64,000 nucleotides of DNA from a bacterium (GTDB lineage Bacteria > UBA8248). The notes beneath the pieces were generated by a model. That model made no database searches, was not told the DNA's origin, and worked only from the letters and a program-made list of their open reading frames with translations. The translations under genes were made by a program, and so were the position numbers. Of this stretch, positions 36,590 to 46,290 are shown one piece after another. The DNA lies in NCBI GenBank assembly GCA_963692865.2, contig OY843592.1:1280001-1344000 (forward strand), given 5' to 3'. The first letter of the stretch is position 1. Each line of letters begins with the position of its first letter.

Positions 36590-37095
36590 AGACCCCCGAG
36601 GAGGGACATGTAGGGGTTGCCCAAAAAGCTCCCCTGACGAGGGCCTGTTGAAAAAGCCCCGCTCTCGTGATTCGGCGCATGTTGGCCGACCGAGGAGGGT
36701 GGAAACAATCATTCCCCCCTTGAGGGTCGGGCTTCCCGAGGGGAAAGCCCGACGAAGAGGCCGAGCCCTTAGGCGAAGGCCGATTCGGTGGGGGGACATG
36801 CCACAGAAAAAAACTCCCTCACCTCACCGTCGGTCTTCCCCGAGAGAGACCGGCCCTCAAGGGGGAGTGATTTCTCTCTCGTCGGTCGTGCAAACCTCGT
36901 TCATCGGACTTTTTCAACAGCCCCGGCAAGGGGCGGGGGTTTTGTAAGGGCGGACACGCAGGTCCGCCCCTACGGGATCATCGTGGATCGCGTCGATACC
37001 TCATTGGCCGGGACTTCTTCAACGCCCTCATATGCGCCCCTGCAAAACCAACCTCCCCGCCCCTTCCCCGGAAGGGATTTTTCGACAACCCAACG
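36590..37095. mobile_element. MITE-like element (36641-36924) with modular hairpin and REPs
   Basis: GGGCCTGTTGAAAAAG ... CTTTTTCAACAGCCCC; internal CCCCCCTTGAGGG...CCCTCAAGGGGG; REP GGGCGGACACGCAGGTCCGCCCCTAC. Confidence 0.7.
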
Positions 37096-37231
37096 GCGCT
37101 GCCTGCGGGTCCAATACGCGAAGCGGGCGGCCGCGCGCATATTCCGTTTGCCTTTCGGGCGCGCCGTGATATGCTTGCGGGGCGTATGGGAGTTGTGGTC
37201 GTACCGACATTAAAAATAACGGAGCGAAACC

Positions 37232-37780
37232 ATGAAGATAAACGAGGCGGCGGCGGATAAAGTCAAGGAAATCATGGAGCAAAACGGCGGCGGTTTCGCC
37301 GGAATCCTGATCAGCTTCGAGGGCGGCTACAAGCTCGACCTGGTGCGGGACGAGGATGCGGACCAGTACATCCGCGTGGAGAATCCCCTGCTGGGTGTCT
37401 TCGCCTCGCCCGAGCACGTCGATAGAGCAGAAAAGGCCCAGATCGAGTTCGTCACCGAAGGCCCCACGAGCGGCTTCAAGGTGACGCGCGAGATGACCGA
37501 CGGCGATATGTCTCTCCTGGAGCAGATTCAGGAGATCATCGACACGGAGATCAACCCGGCCGTCGCGTCCCACGGCGGCGTCATCAACCTGCTGGACGTG
37601 GAGGAGAAGCGCGTTTTCGTGCAGATGGGCGGCGGCTGCGCGGGCTGCGGCATGGCGGACGTGACGCTCAAGTCAGGCGTCGAGGCCAGGCTTCAGCAAC
37701 TAGACCCCGAGATTCAGGTGGTCGATACCACCGACCACGCGGCGGGCACGAACCCCTACTACGCGCCGACGAAGAAATAG
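37232..37780 (+). CDS. nfuA: NfuA-like Fe-S cluster carrier
   Basis: Degenerate A-type N-domain; INPAVASHGG, GGGCAGCG, DTTDHAAGTNPYY. Confidence 0.88.
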   Translation: MKINEAAADKVKEIMEQNGGGFAGILISFEGGYKLDLVRDEDADQYIRVENPLLGVFASPEHVDRAEKAQIEFVTEGPTSGFKVTREMTDGDMSLLEQIQEIIDTEINPAVASHGGVINLLDVEEKRVFVQMGGGCAGCGMADVTLKSGVEARLQQLDPEIQVVDTTDHAAGTNPYYAPTKK

Positions 37781-37799
37781 TTTTTCTCGCTCGATCATG

Positions 37800-37831
37800 A
37801 AGGGCCGGCCGAAAGGCCGGCCTTTTTGTTT
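37800..37831. terminator. Rho-independent terminator between convergent genes
   Basis: GGCCGGCC-GAAA-GGCCGGCC-TTTTTGTTT. Confidence 0.85.
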
Positions 37832-37833
37832 GG

Positions 37834-39087
37834 CTATTCCCCGATATCGAACCCGAGTTTCGCGTGTGCTGTGCGCAGGGCGGACTCCACCTCTTCGGGC
37901 CGCTCCCCCTTGGCGAAGATGAAACCCAGGTATCTCTCTCCTTCCGGCAGCGGAACGACGCGGCCTCCGATGTGGATGGATATGTCGACCTCCACGATTC
38001 CGGGCACGGCCATGGCCTCCTCTTTGCCCTCGACCCCCTTCAGAACTCCCGCGCCGGGGATGGGAATCATCATGACGCCGGAAGCCTTTTTCTCGCGCTC
38101 CAATGATGGGGGCGCGACGCCCAGGGCTTGGGAGAGGATGAGGCATTCGAGCGACGCGCCGCCGCCGAACTCGAGCGCGCCTGAGCATTTCCCGCCGATG
38201 GCGCGGCTCGCCACGTCGATCACATGGATTTCGCCCGCGTCGTTGATTCTCAGTTCCGCGTGTAGGGGCCCCTCGCGCAGGCGGATGGCGTGGGCGGCGC
38301 GTATGGTTTCTTCACGGATTTTCTCTTGCATATCATCAGGAAGCCTGGAGGGCGTGACGTAGATGGTCTCCTCGAAAAAGGGGCCTTCCAAAGGATCCGG
38401 CTTGTCGAAGATGGCGAGAATGTGCGCCTCGCCGCGCACGACGAGGCCCTCCACCGCCACCTCGACGCCTTCGAGATAATCTTCCACCAGGATCATCTGC
38501 GCTTCCGCCCCGCCGCGCGCGATGGCCTCGGGGTCTTCCAATATCGCGCCGATACGGCGGTAGGCCTCAGAGAATTCAGCCGGGTCGTTCGCGCGAATCA
38601 CGCCCCGGCTCGCGGCGAGAAAGGTGGGTTTCAGCACACAGGGGTAGCTGATGCTTCCGGCGATTTCCTCCGGTTCCTCCTGTGCTGAGACCAGACGGAA
38701 CGAGGGCGAGGGCAGGCCTTCTTCCGAGAGCACCTTTCTCAGTTCGTATTTGCTCCGCGTCGTGCGGGAGGCCTCCACGGGGTGGTAAGGCAGCCCCAGC
38801 GCTTCGGCGGCCATCGCGCCCAGGATGAGCGTGTCGTCGTCCACCGGAGCGACCGCGTCGATGGGAAACTCCCTTGCGAACGATTGTATCGAGGCCGCGC
38901 CCGCTTCGGGTTCGTTGTAATCGAGCGTGATGGAGCCGCCCGGGTTCAGTTCGGCCAGCAGGTCGGGCCGGTCGGTTCCCACCGTGACGCGGACGCCCAT
39001 CTCCTGAGCCGCCGCCATGTAGGCGGAGGCGCGGTAGGTGGCCGTCGTCATGAGCAGGAGAACGCGCCTCCCGTCTTCAGGTGGCAT
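37834..39087 (-). CDS. ATP-grasp domain protein
   Basis: YPCVLKP..LAASRGVIRA, LVEDYL.G.EVAVEG, FDKPDPL.GPFFEETIY, HAELR. Confidence 0.9.
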   Translation of the reverse strand: MPPEDGRRVLLLMTTATYRASAYMAAAQEMGVRVTVGTDRPDLLAELNPGGSITLDYNEPEAGAASIQSFAREFPIDAVAPVDDDTLILGAMAAEALGLPYHPVEASRTTRSKYELRKVLSEEGLPSPSFRLVSAQEEPEEIAGSISYPCVLKPTFLAASRGVIRANDPAEFSEAYRRIGAILEDPEAIARGGAEAQMILVEDYLEGVEVAVEGLVVRGEAHILAIFDKPDPLEGPFFEETIYVTPSRLPDDMQEKIREETIRAAHAIRLREGPLHAELRINDAGEIHVIDVASRAIGGKCSGALEFGGGASLECLILSQALGVAPPSLEREKKASGVMMIPIPGAGVLKGVEGKEEAMAVPGIVEVDISIHIGGRVVPLPEGERYLGFIFAKGERPEEVESALRTAHAKLGFDIGE

Positions 39088-39856
39088 ACCATCCGCCGTC
39101 GACAAGGAGCGACGTGCCCGTGACGAGGCTGCTCGCCTCGGAAGCGAGGAAGATGGCCGGCCCCACCAGTTCGCTCATCTGCCCGAAGCGGCCCATGGGC
39201 GTTCTCTCGCAGATGGCGTCGTAGATGAGTTCGTCCTCCTGCAGGGAGGCGGTGAGTTCCGTTTCGATGAAGGTGGGGCAGATGGCGTTCACCTGGATGT
39301 TGTCCGTCGCGTACTCGCGGGCGAAAACGCGCGTCAGGCCGATGAGACCGCTCTTCGAGGACGTATAAGGCCCGTAGCATTGCTGACGGGGGTTTCTGAA
39401 AACGGACCATCCCATCAGGGAGGAGATGTTGATCACCTTGCCGCCGCCCGCTTTTTTCATCTCCTCGCCCGCGCGCCGCGTGATGAAGAAGATGCTCTTG
39501 AGATTGAGGTCGAGGATCCTGTCCCAGTCCGCCTCGCTGATGTCCCAGAGCGTTTTCCGCACGTTCGTGCCCGCGTTGTTCACCAGGATGGTGAGGCCGC
39601 CGAGTGCGGCGGCGGCTTCCACCACCATGCGCTCGGCGGATTCCATGTCGGTCACGTCGGCCTGGATGAGCGCGCACTTGCGGCCCATGTTCTCGATGGC
39701 TTCTTTCGCTTCGCCGGCGGGTTCGATGTCGATGTCCGCGATGACGACGTCCGCGCCCGCTGCTGCGAAGCCCTCGGCCAGCGTGCGCCCGATGCCGCGC
39801 GCGGCGCCCGTTACGAGCGCCTTTGCGCCGCTCAGATCGAAAAGGGATTGGCTCAT
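39077..39856 (-). CDS. Short-chain dehydrogenase/reductase
   Basis: TGAARGIG, NNAG, YTSSK, DGG. Confidence 0.93.
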   Translation of the reverse strand: MSQSLFDLSGAKALVTGAARGIGRTLAEGFAAAGADVVIADIDIEPAGEAKEAIENMGRKCALIQADVTDMESAERMVVEAAAALGGLTILVNNAGTNVRKTLWDISEADWDRILDLNLKSIFFITRRAGEEMKKAGGGKVINISSLMGWSVFRNPRQQCYGPYTSSKSGLIGLTRVFAREYATDNIQVNAICPTFIETELTASLQEDELIYDAICERTPMGRFGQMSELVGPAIFLASEASSLVTGTSLLVDGGWYAT

Positions 39857-40042
39857 GGGTGGTTCTCCTTTTGAGGGGTGTCGGGTTTTTCCCGATTCTC
39901 TCCACCGGGGCGTTCCGGGTCAATGGGCGCGGGGCCTTCTCGTTGGCCTCTGGGGGAGAGTGTGATAATCAGTAGAGAGACTTTCTCGAATTTTTTTCGT
40001 GCTCGCATGAGAGTGGTTTTTTCGCTTTCACAGGAGTGGACG

Positions 40043-41692
40043 ATGGCTAAGCCCAAGGATAACGGCGCGAAAAAAGAGCGCCCCGTCCGCGAGGCGGCCT
40101 ACAACTCGGGCAAGCCCGTGCCCGTGGTCTATGGGCCCGATGCGCCGGATGCCGCGTACCGGGAAAAGATAGGCTTACCGGGAGAATACCCCTACACGCG
40201 GGGCATCTACCCCACGATGTACCGGGGCTCGCTTTGGACGATGCGCCAGTACGCGGGTTTTTCCACCTCGGCGGACACCAACGCGCGGTTCCACTTTCTG
40301 CTCGGAAACGGCCAGACGGGCCTCTCGATGGCCTACGATCTCCCCACGCAGCTCGGTCTGGATTCTGACGACGAAGCCGCGCAGGACGACGTGGGCCGTT
40401 TGGGCGTCGCCGTGGACACAGCCGAGGACATGGCGGACGTTTTTGACGGTATACCGCTCGACAGGGTGAGCGTCTCGCACACCATCAACTCGACCGCCGC
40501 CATCATCCAGGCGTTCTGGCTCATCGCCGCCGAGCGGCAGGGGGTCGCGCTGGAGAAGCTGCGCGGCACCTTTCAGAACGACATGCTCAAGGAATACATC
40601 GGCCGGGGCACGTGGATATTCCCCCCGAGACCCTCCATGCGCCTCGTGGCGGACATCATCGAGTACAACGCGAAGCGCTGCCCGCGCGTGAACGCCGTCA
40701 GCGTATCAGCCACCCACATCGCCGAAACGGGCGCCACTCTCGCGCAGGACGTCGCCTTCCCGATCCTGAACGCGCTGGCCTACATCCGGGAACTCACCGG
40801 GCGCGGCCTCCACGTGGACGACTTCGTGCCCACGATGTCGTTTCACCTCTCGGTCGGCGGCGGCGTAGGGCCGTTCAACCTGCTCGAATCGGTCGGCAAG
40901 CTGCGCGCGGCGCGGCGCATCTGGGCGCGCACGATGAAGGATGAATACGGCGCGAAAAACCCCAGGACCATGCAGCTCAAATTCTCGACCGGCAACTGCG
41001 GCAGCCGCATGGCGGCGCGCGAACCGCTCAACAACATCGTGCGCCAGACGCTCTACACCCTGGCCGCCGTGCTGGGCGGCACGCGCTCGGTCAACATGGC
41101 GTGTTTCGACGAGGCCTTCGAGATTCCCTCGGACGAGTCCATCCGCACGGCGCTCAGAATCCAGCAGGTCATCGCGCACGAGAGCGGCGTGGCCGACACC
41201 GTGGATCCGCTGGCTGGCGGCTATGCGCTGGAGGCCGTGACGGATCAGGTGGAAGAGGAGATTCAGGCCATCGTGGACGATTACGAATCGCGCGGCGGAA
41301 TCGTCCCCTTCATCGAGAGCGGGGAGATTCAAAGGCTTCTCGCTAGGCAGGCCTACGAGCACCAGCGCAAGATCGCCTCGGGCGAGCAGGTGTGGGTGGG
41401 GGTGAACAGGTTCACCTCAGAAGATGAAGACCGCATGAGCGCGGGCGAGGGCCTCTACGAGGCGGACGATTCCGTGCTCGAAAAACAAATGGAGCGCCTC
41501 GCGCGGGTGAAGGCCGCCCGCGATGCGGGCGAGGTGGCTGATCAACTGGAAAAGCTGGCGAGTGCGTGCGAGTCGAAGGAGAACCTCGTGCCTTATCTCA
41601 TGGACGCCGCCCGCGCGCGCCTCACGGTGGGGGAGATGACCGGGGTGATGCGCGGCGCGTTCGGCGCCTACGTGGAGCCGTCGGTCGTTTGA
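40043..41692 (+). CDS. B12-dependent acyl-CoA mutase, substrate-binding (large) subunit, methylmalonyl-CoA mutase family
   Basis: PGEYPYTRG.YPTMY, WTMRQYAGF, DLPTQ.G.DSD, QNDMLKEY, DPLAG; AGGAG RBS. Confidence 0.93.
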   Translation: MAKPKDNGAKKERPVREAAYNSGKPVPVVYGPDAPDAAYREKIGLPGEYPYTRGIYPTMYRGSLWTMRQYAGFSTSADTNARFHFLLGNGQTGLSMAYDLPTQLGLDSDDEAAQDDVGRLGVAVDTAEDMADVFDGIPLDRVSVSHTINSTAAIIQAFWLIAAERQGVALEKLRGTFQNDMLKEYIGRGTWIFPPRPSMRLVADIIEYNAKRCPRVNAVSVSATHIAETGATLAQDVAFPILNALAYIRELTGRGLHVDDFVPTMSFHLSVGGGVGPFNLLESVGKLRAARRIWARTMKDEYGAKNPRTMQLKFSTGNCGSRMAAREPLNNIVRQTLYTLAAVLGGTRSVNMACFDEAFEIPSDESIRTALRIQQVIAHESGVADTVDPLAGGYALEAVTDQVEEEIQAIVDDYESRGGIVPFIESGEIQRLLARQAYEHQRKIASGEQVWVGVNRFTSEDEDRMSAGEGLYEADDSVLEKQMERLARVKAARDAGEVADQLEKLASACESKENLVPYLMDAARARLTVGEMTGVMRGAFGAYVEPSVV

Positions 41693-42105
41693 TGGCGAAC
41701 GGGACCAAGCGCATACGGGTGCTGATGGCGAAGCCGGGCCTCGACGGGCACGACCGCGGGGTCAAGGTCATCATCCACGCGCTGAGAGACGCAGGCATGG
41801 AGGTGATCTACTCAGGCCTCAGGCAGACGGTCGAGCAGATCGTCTCCGTCGCGATTCAGGAGAACGTGGACGTGATCGGCCTGAGCATCCTCTCGGGTTC
41901 CTACATGGGGATCGCGCGCAGGCTCATGGCGAGAATCAGGGAAGAGGAACTCGATGATTGCCTCGTCATTCTGGGCGGGAACATCCTGGAGCGCGACGTG
42001 GCGGGGCTGAAATCCTTAGGAATAGCCGAAGTGTTCAACCACCATGCGGAGATGGCCGAAGTCGTCTCCTACATCAGGAACAACGCGGCAGCCGGCGCGG
42101 CCTGA
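41692..42105 (+). CDS. Cobalamin-binding (small) subunit of acyl-CoA mutase
   Basis: KPGLDGHDRG (DxHxxG), GLSILSG, LGG. Confidence 0.95.
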   Translation: MANGTKRIRVLMAKPGLDGHDRGVKVIIHALRDAGMEVIYSGLRQTVEQIVSVAIQENVDVIGLSILSGSYMGIARRLMARIREEELDDCLVILGGNILERDVAGLKSLGIAEVFNHHAEMAEVVSYIRNNAAAGAA

Positions 42106-42136
42106 CGGCGGCGCATCTATCGTGGGGGAGTCAGTT

Positions 42137-43330
42137 TTGGAAAAGCCGCTGGAGGGCGTGCGCATACTCGATCTTTCCGCCCTGCTCGCAGGCCCTTACG
42201 GCAGCATGGTGCTGGCCGATCTGGGCGCGGACGTCATCAAGATAGAGGCGCCGGGCAGGGGCGACCTCGTCCGCACCATGCCCCCGCACTACGTCGGCGA
42301 GACGAGCGCCTACTTCATCGCGCTCAACAGGAACAAGCGGGGTATTTTCCTGAACTTGAAGGACGAGGAGGGCTACCGCGTCTTCTGCGAGATGGTGAAG
42401 CGCTCCGACGTCGTTTACGACAACTACCGCCCCGGCGTCCTGGAGCGGCTCGGCGCGGACTACGAAACGCTTAAAGTAGTGAACCCGCGCATCATCAGCG
42501 CCTCCGTCACCGGCTACGGCCTCACAGGCCCCCAGAAGGACAAGCCCGCGCTCGACCTCATCATCCAGGGGCGCGGCGGCATCATGAGCTTCACCGGCGA
42601 GCCGGGCAGGCCGCCCGTGCGCCTGGGCGTTCCCATGGGGGACATGGGAGGCGGCCTGTTCGCCGCTCACGGCATTCTGGCGGCGCTCTACAAGCGCGAG
42701 CGGACGGGCGTCGGCCAGAAGGTGGACGTTTCGCTCCTCGACAGCCAGTTGTACCTCGCGAGCTACCGCGCGCAGTACTACCTGACGGCGGGCGACGTGG
42801 CGGAGCCGATGGGCACGGGCCACGCCTCCGCCGTTCCCATCGGCGCGTACCAGTGCGGCGACGGCAAGTGGCTCGTGCTCGACGCCATACTGGATCATTT
42901 CTTCGAGAGCCTCTGCGACGCGCTGGGCCATCCCGAGTGGAGGGACGACCCGAGGATGAAGGATCGCCCCACCCGCCTCGATAACCGCGAATACGTGGAC
43001 GCCAAACTCTCGGAAGTCTACAAGACGAACACCGCCGCGCACTGGATAGAGCGAATCGATGCGCACGGCGTGCCCTGCGGGCCGATTCAGACCATCGACG
43101 AGGCGCTGAACGACCCCCAGACGCGCTCGCGCGAGATGGTCGTGGAGATGACGCACCCCGAACTCGGCGATATGAACACGTTCAACACGCCCATCAAGAT
43201 GGAGGGCACGTGGGGCTCCACTCCCGCGCCGCCTCCCCTGATGGGTGAGCACACCGAAGAGGTGCTCAGGGAAGTGCTCGATCTGGGCGATGCGGAAATC
43301 GAAAGGTTAAAAGCGCGCAAGGCGATTTGA
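42137..43330 (+). CDS. Family III CoA-transferase (CaiB/BaiF)
   Basis: LAGPY..LADLGADVIKIE, NRNKR, NYRPG, catalytic Asp in PMGDMGGG. Confidence 0.93.
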   Translation: MEKPLEGVRILDLSALLAGPYGSMVLADLGADVIKIEAPGRGDLVRTMPPHYVGETSAYFIALNRNKRGIFLNLKDEEGYRVFCEMVKRSDVVYDNYRPGVLERLGADYETLKVVNPRIISASVTGYGLTGPQKDKPALDLIIQGRGGIMSFTGEPGRPPVRLGVPMGDMGGGLFAAHGILAALYKRERTGVGQKVDVSLLDSQLYLASYRAQYYLTAGDVAEPMGTGHASAVPIGAYQCGDGKWLVLDAILDHFFESLCDALGHPEWRDDPRMKDRPTRLDNREYVDAKLSEVYKTNTAAHWIERIDAHGVPCGPIQTIDEALNDPQTRSREMVVEMTHPELGDMNTFNTPIKMEGTWGSTPAPPPLMGEHTEEVLREVLDLGDAEIERLKARKAI

Positions 43331-43341
43331 GGGGGCTTGTC

Positions 43342-44130
43342 ATGTTCCATGACAAGAAGGCTTTCGTGTTCGACCTGGAAGGGGTTTTCTTCGCGGGAGA
43401 CGAGGTGATGCCCGGCGGATCGGAGTTGATGCGGGCCGTCAAGGCGAGGAACCTCCCCCATCGCTTCATCACGAACATCAGCCGCAGTACGGCGGCGGAG
43501 ATTCGCGCCCACATGGCGGGTATCGGCCTGGACCCGGGGGAGAACCTCATCGTGGCCGCGCTGGACCGGGTCGGCTCGTTTTTGAGGAAGAACTTCGGAT
43601 CGGGCAGAGCGTACGTGCTGGGGACGGATTCGCTGAAACGCGCGGTCGCGTCGGGCGGTTTCCAGATTTTGGGGCATGACGAGGAAGATAGGGCCGACGT
43701 CGTGCTCGTCGGGCTGGATGAAGCACTTACCTACGAGACGCTGAGCGCGGCAGCGCGTGCGGTGAGCCGGGGCGCGCGTTTCGTCGCCATGAACCCCGAC
43801 GTGCGCCTGCCGAGGGAGGACGGTTCGTTTTCACTCGGCGGGGGCGCCATCATGGCGTCCGTGCGGGCGGCGGCGGGCCGGGAGCCGGTGTTTTTCGGAA
43901 AGCCCGAGCCTTTCCTGTTCGAAGAAGCGCTGGAGGAGCTGGGCGTGGAGGCGCGCCACGCCGTCATGGTGGGGGACAACCTGAGGACGGACATCGCGGG
44001 CGGCCAGAGGGTGGGAATGGCCACCGTGTGGGTGAACCGCTGGGGCGTGATTGCCGGGGACCCGGATGTGACGGCGGACCTGGAAGTCAAGACGCTCGAT
44101 GAACTGATGCCGCATCTTCCGGGCGGCTAG
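43342..44130 (+). CDS. HAD-IIA hydrolase (NagD-like)
   Basis: FDLEGV, ITN, MNPD, GKP, MVGDNL.TDI.GG. Confidence 0.88.
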   Translation: MFHDKKAFVFDLEGVFFAGDEVMPGGSELMRAVKARNLPHRFITNISRSTAAEIRAHMAGIGLDPGENLIVAALDRVGSFLRKNFGSGRAYVLGTDSLKRAVASGGFQILGHDEEDRADVVLVGLDEALTYETLSAAARAVSRGARFVAMNPDVRLPREDGSFSLGGGAIMASVRAAAGREPVFFGKPEPFLFEEALEELGVEARHAVMVGDNLRTDIAGGQRVGMATVWVNRWGVIAGDPDVTADLEVKTLDELMPHLPGG

Positions 44131-44153
44131 GATTTTGAGATAGAGAGGACGAC

Positions 44154-44909
44154 ATGGCGCTGGTGGAATACGAGGTGAGGGACAAGCTGGCCTGCATCAC
44201 GCTGAACAGGCCGGAGAAGATGAACGCCATCAACCACGAGATGAGCGAGCGCATCTTCGCGCTGTTCGACGAGATGGAGCGCGACCCCGGCGTGTGGGGC
44301 TGCCTGATCACGGGGAACGGAAAGGCCTTTTCGAGCGGGCACGACCTCACCGAACCGCCGCCCGAAGATAGGGAAGTCAAACCCGTCTCGGACCTCTATC
44401 AGGTCATCATGGAGTTGTACAAGCCCTGCTTCGCGGCGATCAACGGGTTCTGCCTGGCGGGCGGGGCGGGCATCGCGCTTTCCTGCGACGTGCGCGTGAT
44501 GGCCGAGGAAACGCAACTCGGCTGGCCCCAGGTCGTGCGCGGCATCTCCTCCGTCAGCGGGCCGATTCTCCTGGCGAAGCTGCTGCCCTTCAATCTCGCG
44601 CACTATCACCTGTTCACCGGCGAGCCCATCGACGCGGAGACCGCGCTGAGGCTCGGCCTCGTGAACAAGGTGGTTCCCAGGGAGAACGTCTTAGAGGAGA
44701 CCGAGAAGATCGCGCGACGGGTGCTGGCGAATGCGCCTTTGGCGGTGCGCGCCATCAAGGAGATCACCGTCCGCGCGCGCGACATGACGATGGAAGACGC
44801 CCTGCGCTTCGGCGACGTGATCCTGAAACGCCTCCTCGAGACCGAGGACGCCGAAGAGGGCGTACGGGCCTTCAAGGAGAAGCGGCCACCGAATTTCAAG
44901 GGAAGGTAA
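44154..44909 (+). CDS. Enoyl-CoA hydratase/isomerase (crotonase) family protein
   Basis: TLNRPEKMNAI, AFSSGHDL, AAINGFCLAGG, EGVRAFKEKR.P.FKG. Confidence 0.92.
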   Translation: MALVEYEVRDKLACITLNRPEKMNAINHEMSERIFALFDEMERDPGVWGCLITGNGKAFSSGHDLTEPPPEDREVKPVSDLYQVIMELYKPCFAAINGFCLAGGAGIALSCDVRVMAEETQLGWPQVVRGISSVSGPILLAKLLPFNLAHYHLFTGEPIDAETALRLGLVNKVVPRENVLEETEKIARRVLANAPLAVRAIKEITVRARDMTMEDALRFGDVILKRLLETEDAEEGVRAFKEKRPPNFKGR

Positions 44910-44942
44910 GGTATGGGGGGCCATGTCGTCCATACATATTCC

Positions 44943-45018
44943 GTAGGGACAGGCCCCCGCGCCTGTCCTCATGAGAAACAACCACAGGGGCAGGACAACC
45001 CAAAAGGGTTGTCCCTAC
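44943..45018. repeat. Inverted REP pair
   Basis: GTAGGGACAGGCCCCCGCGCCTGTCC ... GGACAACCCAAAAGGGTTGTCCCTAC. Confidence 0.8.
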
Positions 45019-45129
45019 ATTCCTTCGGGGTCACCCTGTTTGTCCCGCACCCGCCTTGCGCGCTTGAGCGAGTCGTTGCATAACGAATTCTCCTGATTCT
45101 TCGCTCCTTGCACATGAAAGGAGGCCGCG

Positions 45130-46290
45130 GTGGATTTCGACCTCACCGACTCTCAGCGCGATATCCGGCAAAAGGCCCGTGAAATCGCCACGAACCAGAT
45201 AGCGCATAAGGCGGCGCATTGGGACGAGACCGAGGAATACCCCTGGGAGAACGCGCGAATCCTGGCCGAGGCCGGCTTCATGGGCATGAACATCCCGGAG
45301 GAATTCGGCGGACCCGAGCGCCCGCTCATCGAGGCCGTCCTGGTGGTCGAGGAGATGGCGAAGGTATGCGGCATCACGGGGCGCATCGTGGTGGACAGCA
45401 ACATGGGCGTGGTGGGGGCGATCATCAAATACGGAACCGAGGCGCAGAAGAAAAAATATCTGCCCATGGTGTTGAACGGCGATAAGCCCGCCATCGTCAT
45501 CACAGAGCCCGAGGCGGGGAGCGCCGCCACCGACATGACGACGCGGGCCGTGCTCGACGGCGATGAATATATCCTGAACGGCAAGAAGAAATGGATTACC
45601 GGCGCGGGCGTCTCCCACATCAACCTCGTGTTCGCCCGCGTGGTGCACGGCGGGGACGAGCAGGGAATCGGCGCGCTGATCGTGGAGTTGGGGGCGGAGG
45701 GTTTCCGCATCGGAGAGCGCAACTACATGATGGGCTTGCGGGGAATCCCCGAGAGCGAGGAGATTTTCGAGAACTGCCGCGTGCCGCAGGAAAACCTGGT
45801 GGCGGTGGGCTTCGGCCGCCTGATGGCCGCCTACAACGCGCAGCGCGTGGGAGCCGGCACGGTGGCCTTGGGACTCGCCGAGGGCGCCTTTGCGCAGGCG
45901 GTGGAATACGCAAAAAAACGCCACCAGTTCGGCCGCCCGATATCCGAATTCCAGGGGCTTCAGTGGATTCTGGCGGATGCGCGCATACAGCTCGACGCCG
46001 CGCGGCTCCTGCTCCACCGGGCGGCGGTGCAGGAAGACCCGAAGACGGGCTTTCCCGACATGCACCTCGCGGCGGTCGCCAAGACGTTTTCGGCGGAAGC
46101 CTCGATCAGGGTGACGAACGACGCGCTCCAGATTTTCGGAGCCGCGGGCTATTCGCGCGATCTGCCTATCGAGCGCATGGCGCGCGACGTGCGGATGTTC
46201 ACCATCGGCGGCGGCACCACCCAGGCGCAGCGAAACGTGATCGCCTCGGGTATTTTCGGGAGAAAATTCTCGCAGCGGCGGGGAGAGTGA
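45130..46290 (+). CDS. Acyl-CoA dehydrogenase-fold protein, 3-sulfinopropionyl-CoA desulfinase-like
   Basis: GRIVVDSNMG, GDKPAIVITEP.AGS, LMAAYNAQRVGAGTVA, RDVRMFTIGGGT; no catalytic Glu at either ACAD position. Confidence 0.8.
   Translation: MDFDLTDSQRDIRQKAREIATNQIAHKAAHWDETEEYPWENARILAEAGFMGMNIPEEFGGPERPLIEAVLVVEEMAKVCGITGRIVVDSNMGVVGAIIKYGTEAQKKKYLPMVLNGDKPAIVITEPEAGSAATDMTTRAVLDGDEYILNGKKKWITGAGVSHINLVFARVVHGGDEQGIGALIVELGAEGFRIGERNYMMGLRGIPESEEIFENCRVPQENLVAVGFGRLMAAYNAQRVGAGTVALGLAEGAFAQAVEYAKKRHQFGRPISEFQGLQWILADARIQLDAARLLLHRAAVQEDPKTGFPDMHLAAVAKTFSAEASIRVTNDALQIFGAAGYSRDLPIERMARDVRMFTIGGGTTQAQRNVIASGIFGRKFSQRRGE

Noticed and set aside
39860-40042. Cobalamin riboswitch upstream of the B12 mutase
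   Set aside because: No recognisable B12-box or GGGAA/GCCACTG core; the region looks like a divergent promoter.
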